Origin: Escherichia coli
GTDB lineage: Bacteria; Pseudomonadota; Gammaproteobacteria; Enterobacterales; Enterobacteriaceae
Length of the DNA stretch: 64,000 nt
Strand: one strand, 5' to 3'
Assembly (NCBI RefSeq): GCF_003334765.1
Contig: NZ_QOWT01000007.1
Translations under genes and position numbers: made by a program
In this document: piece after piece, positions 62,051-64,000 of the stretch
How positions within the stretch are numbered: position 1 is the stretch's first letter
Layout: every line of letters starts with the position of its first letter
Notes under the pieces: generated by a model
Databases searched by the model: none
What the model saw: the letters and a program-made list of their open reading frames with translations, nothing else
Told to the model about the DNA's origin: nothing

Positions 62051-62692
62051 ATGAAACCATATCAGCGCCAGTTTATTGAATTTGCGCTTAGCAAGCAGGT
62101 GTTAAAGTTTGGCGAGTTTACGCTGAAATCCGGGCGTAAAAGCCCCTATTTCTTCAACGCCGGGCTGTTTAATACCGGGCGCGACCTGGCACTGTTAGGC
62201 CGTTTTTACGCTGAAGCATTGGTGGACTCCGGCATTGAGTTCGATCTGCTGTTTGGCCCTGCTTACAAAGGGATCCCGATTGCCACCACAACCGCCGTGG
62301 CGTTGGCGGAGCATCATGACCTGGACCTGCCGTACTGCTTTAACCGCAAAGAGGCAAAAGACCACGGTGAAGGCGGCAATCTGGTTGGTAGCGCGTTACA
62401 AGGACGCGTAATGCTGGTAGATGATGTGATCACCGCCGGAACGGCGATTCGTGAGTCGATGGAAATTATTCAGGCCAATGGCGCGACGCTTGCTGGCGTG
62501 TTGATTTCGCTCGATCGTCAGGAACGGGGGCGCGGCGAGATTTCGGCGATTCAGGAAGTTGAGCGTGATTACAACTGCAAAGTGATCTCTATCATCACCC
62601 TGAAAGATCTGATTGCTTACCTGGAAGAGAAGCCGGAAATGGCGGAACATCTGGCGGCGGTTAAGGCCTATCGCGAAGAGTTTGGCGTTTAA
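62051..62692 (+). CDS. pyrE: Orotate phosphoribosyltransferase
   Basis: 213 aa from [23 protein letters not shown]. Confidence 0.95.
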
Positions 62693-62728
62693 AGAAACTC
62701 GCCGGATGAAAATTCATCCGGCGTCATA

Positions 62729-63325
62729 TTACTGCAACTGCGCGGCAATTAGCGGCCAGCGGGCGTCAAAATCATCCGTCGGGCGGTATTTAAATTCGCT
62801 GCGGACAAAACGTGACAGCATACCTTCACAGAAGGCCAGGATCTGGCTTGCCAGCAGGGTTTCATCGGTGGTGTAACCTTCACCCTCACGCATTCTCTTT
62901 TCACGCAATACCTGGCGCAGCTGCGCTTCAATACGCTCGAACAGCTGGTTGATGCGCCCTTGCAGGCGATCCTGTTCAAACATTAGCGCATGACCAGTGA
63001 GGATGCGGGTCAGGCCAGGATTACGCTCACCAAAACCGAGAAGCAGCAACACAATCAGACGCAGGCGCGCTGTGGTGTCTTTCTCATCTTTCAGAATCAG
63101 ATTGATGCGAGTAATCAGGCTATCTTCGATAAACTCAATCAGGCTATCGAACATGCGGGTCTTACTGGGGAAGTGGCGATACAGTGCCGCTTCGGAAACG
63201 CCGACAGAGGCGGCCAGTTTTGCCGTCGTGATACGTTGGCTTCCATCGCTGGATTCCAGCATCAGCGCCAGAGACTGAAGTATTTCCTCGCGACGGTTCC
63301 TTTTCGCAGTTTGTTTTTCTGCCAT
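62729..63325 (-). CDS. slmA: Nucleoid occlusion factor SlmA (TetR family)
   Basis: 198 aa from [24 protein letters not shown]. Confidence 0.9.
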
Positions 63326-63431
63326 GTTACAAAATACCCCTGAAAATAAGCACTTGCCAGGCGGCACCCACGCTATGACCGCAAACGAAATGTTTGCGGC
63401 TATGTTATGACGTTATTCGGATGCGTATGTG

Positions 63432-63890
63432 TTACTGACGACCAGAGTGACCAAAGCCGCCTTCACCGCGGTCGGTGGCGTCGAAATCTTCCACCAGATT
63501 AAATTCAGCCTGTACTACCGGAACAAAAATCATCTGGGCGATGCGTTCGCCAGGTTGAATGGTGAAGCTGTCCTGACCACGGTTCCACACGGAAATCATC
63601 AACTGGCCCTGATAGTCGGAATCGATCAATCCTACCAGGTTACCAAGCACGATACCGTGCTTATGTCCCAATCCGGAGCGCGGCAGCATCATTGCCGCCA
63701 GTGAAGGATCGGCAATATGAATCGCCAGCCCGGTCGGAACCAGCGTAGTGTCACCCGGAGCCAGTTCTACGGCGTCGTCGAGACAGGCACGCAGGTCAAG
63801 TCCGGCAGAGCCAGAGGTGGCATAAGTCGGGAGCGGAAATTCCTTCCCAACGCGCGGGTCCAGAATCTTAACGTCGATTTTTTTCATCAT
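63432..63890 (-). CDS. dut: dUTP diphosphatase
   Basis: 152 aa starting [15 protein letters not shown]; ends ...GGFGHSGRQ. Confidence 0.9.
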
Positions 63891-64000
63891 AACGGGTCAC
63901 GATCTCGTCGAGTAATAATTGGCCAAGGAGCTCTTTGCGCTCAAGCGGTAAGACTTTATCTCCGTCCTGCCAGAAAAGGTGTAATGCGTTGTTGTCGCTG
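63868..64000 (-). CDS. coaBC: Phosphopantothenoylcysteine decarboxylase / phosphopantothenate-cysteine ligase CoaBC (Dfp), C-terminal fragment
   Basis: Minus-strand frame ...[25 protein letters not shown] then stop at 63868-63870; overlaps the dut start by about 23 nt; 5' end outside the window. Confidence 0.85.

Overview
This window reads as a core Escherichia coli chromosomal segment running from the 3' end of gyrB to the 3' end of dfp/coaBC, in inverted orientation relative to the usual K-12 map; I found no convincing novel or undescribed system. Gene content is syntenic: gyrB, yidB, yidA, yidX, dgoRKADT, cbrA, yidR, yidQ, ibpAB, yidE, yidP, glvC-glvG', yidL, yidK, yidJ', yidIHGF, emrD, tisB/istR, ivbL-ilvBN, uhpABCT, ade, yicO, yicN, nepI, yicS, nlpA, yicL, setC, selC, yicJ, yicI, yicH, xanP, gltS, recG-trmH-spoT-rpoZ-gmk, ligB, yicG, dinD, yicC, rph, pyrE, slmA, dut, dfp. 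There are no IS elements, prophage, integrase, CRISPR array or inserted island; the selC tRNA island hotspot is unoccupied. The most notable observations are (1) a yidK-yidJ junction where the sulfatase gene has lost its 5' end and start codon while the transporter ORF reads through out of frame, (2) a glv locus with an intact fused EIICB gene beside an internally deleted glvG, (3) the tisB/IstR-1 type I toxin-antitoxin module with its LexA box, invisible to the ORF track because TisB is 29 aa, and (4) an intact 238-codon rph, which argues against an MG1655/W3110-type K-12 source. All identifications are by recognition of the translated ORFs and sequence motifs from memory; no database search was run, and protein lengths quoted for K-12 are recalled, not looked up. 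The ORF track translates GTG/TTG starts as M, so several starts were moved to internal ATG codons to match remembered protein lengths.
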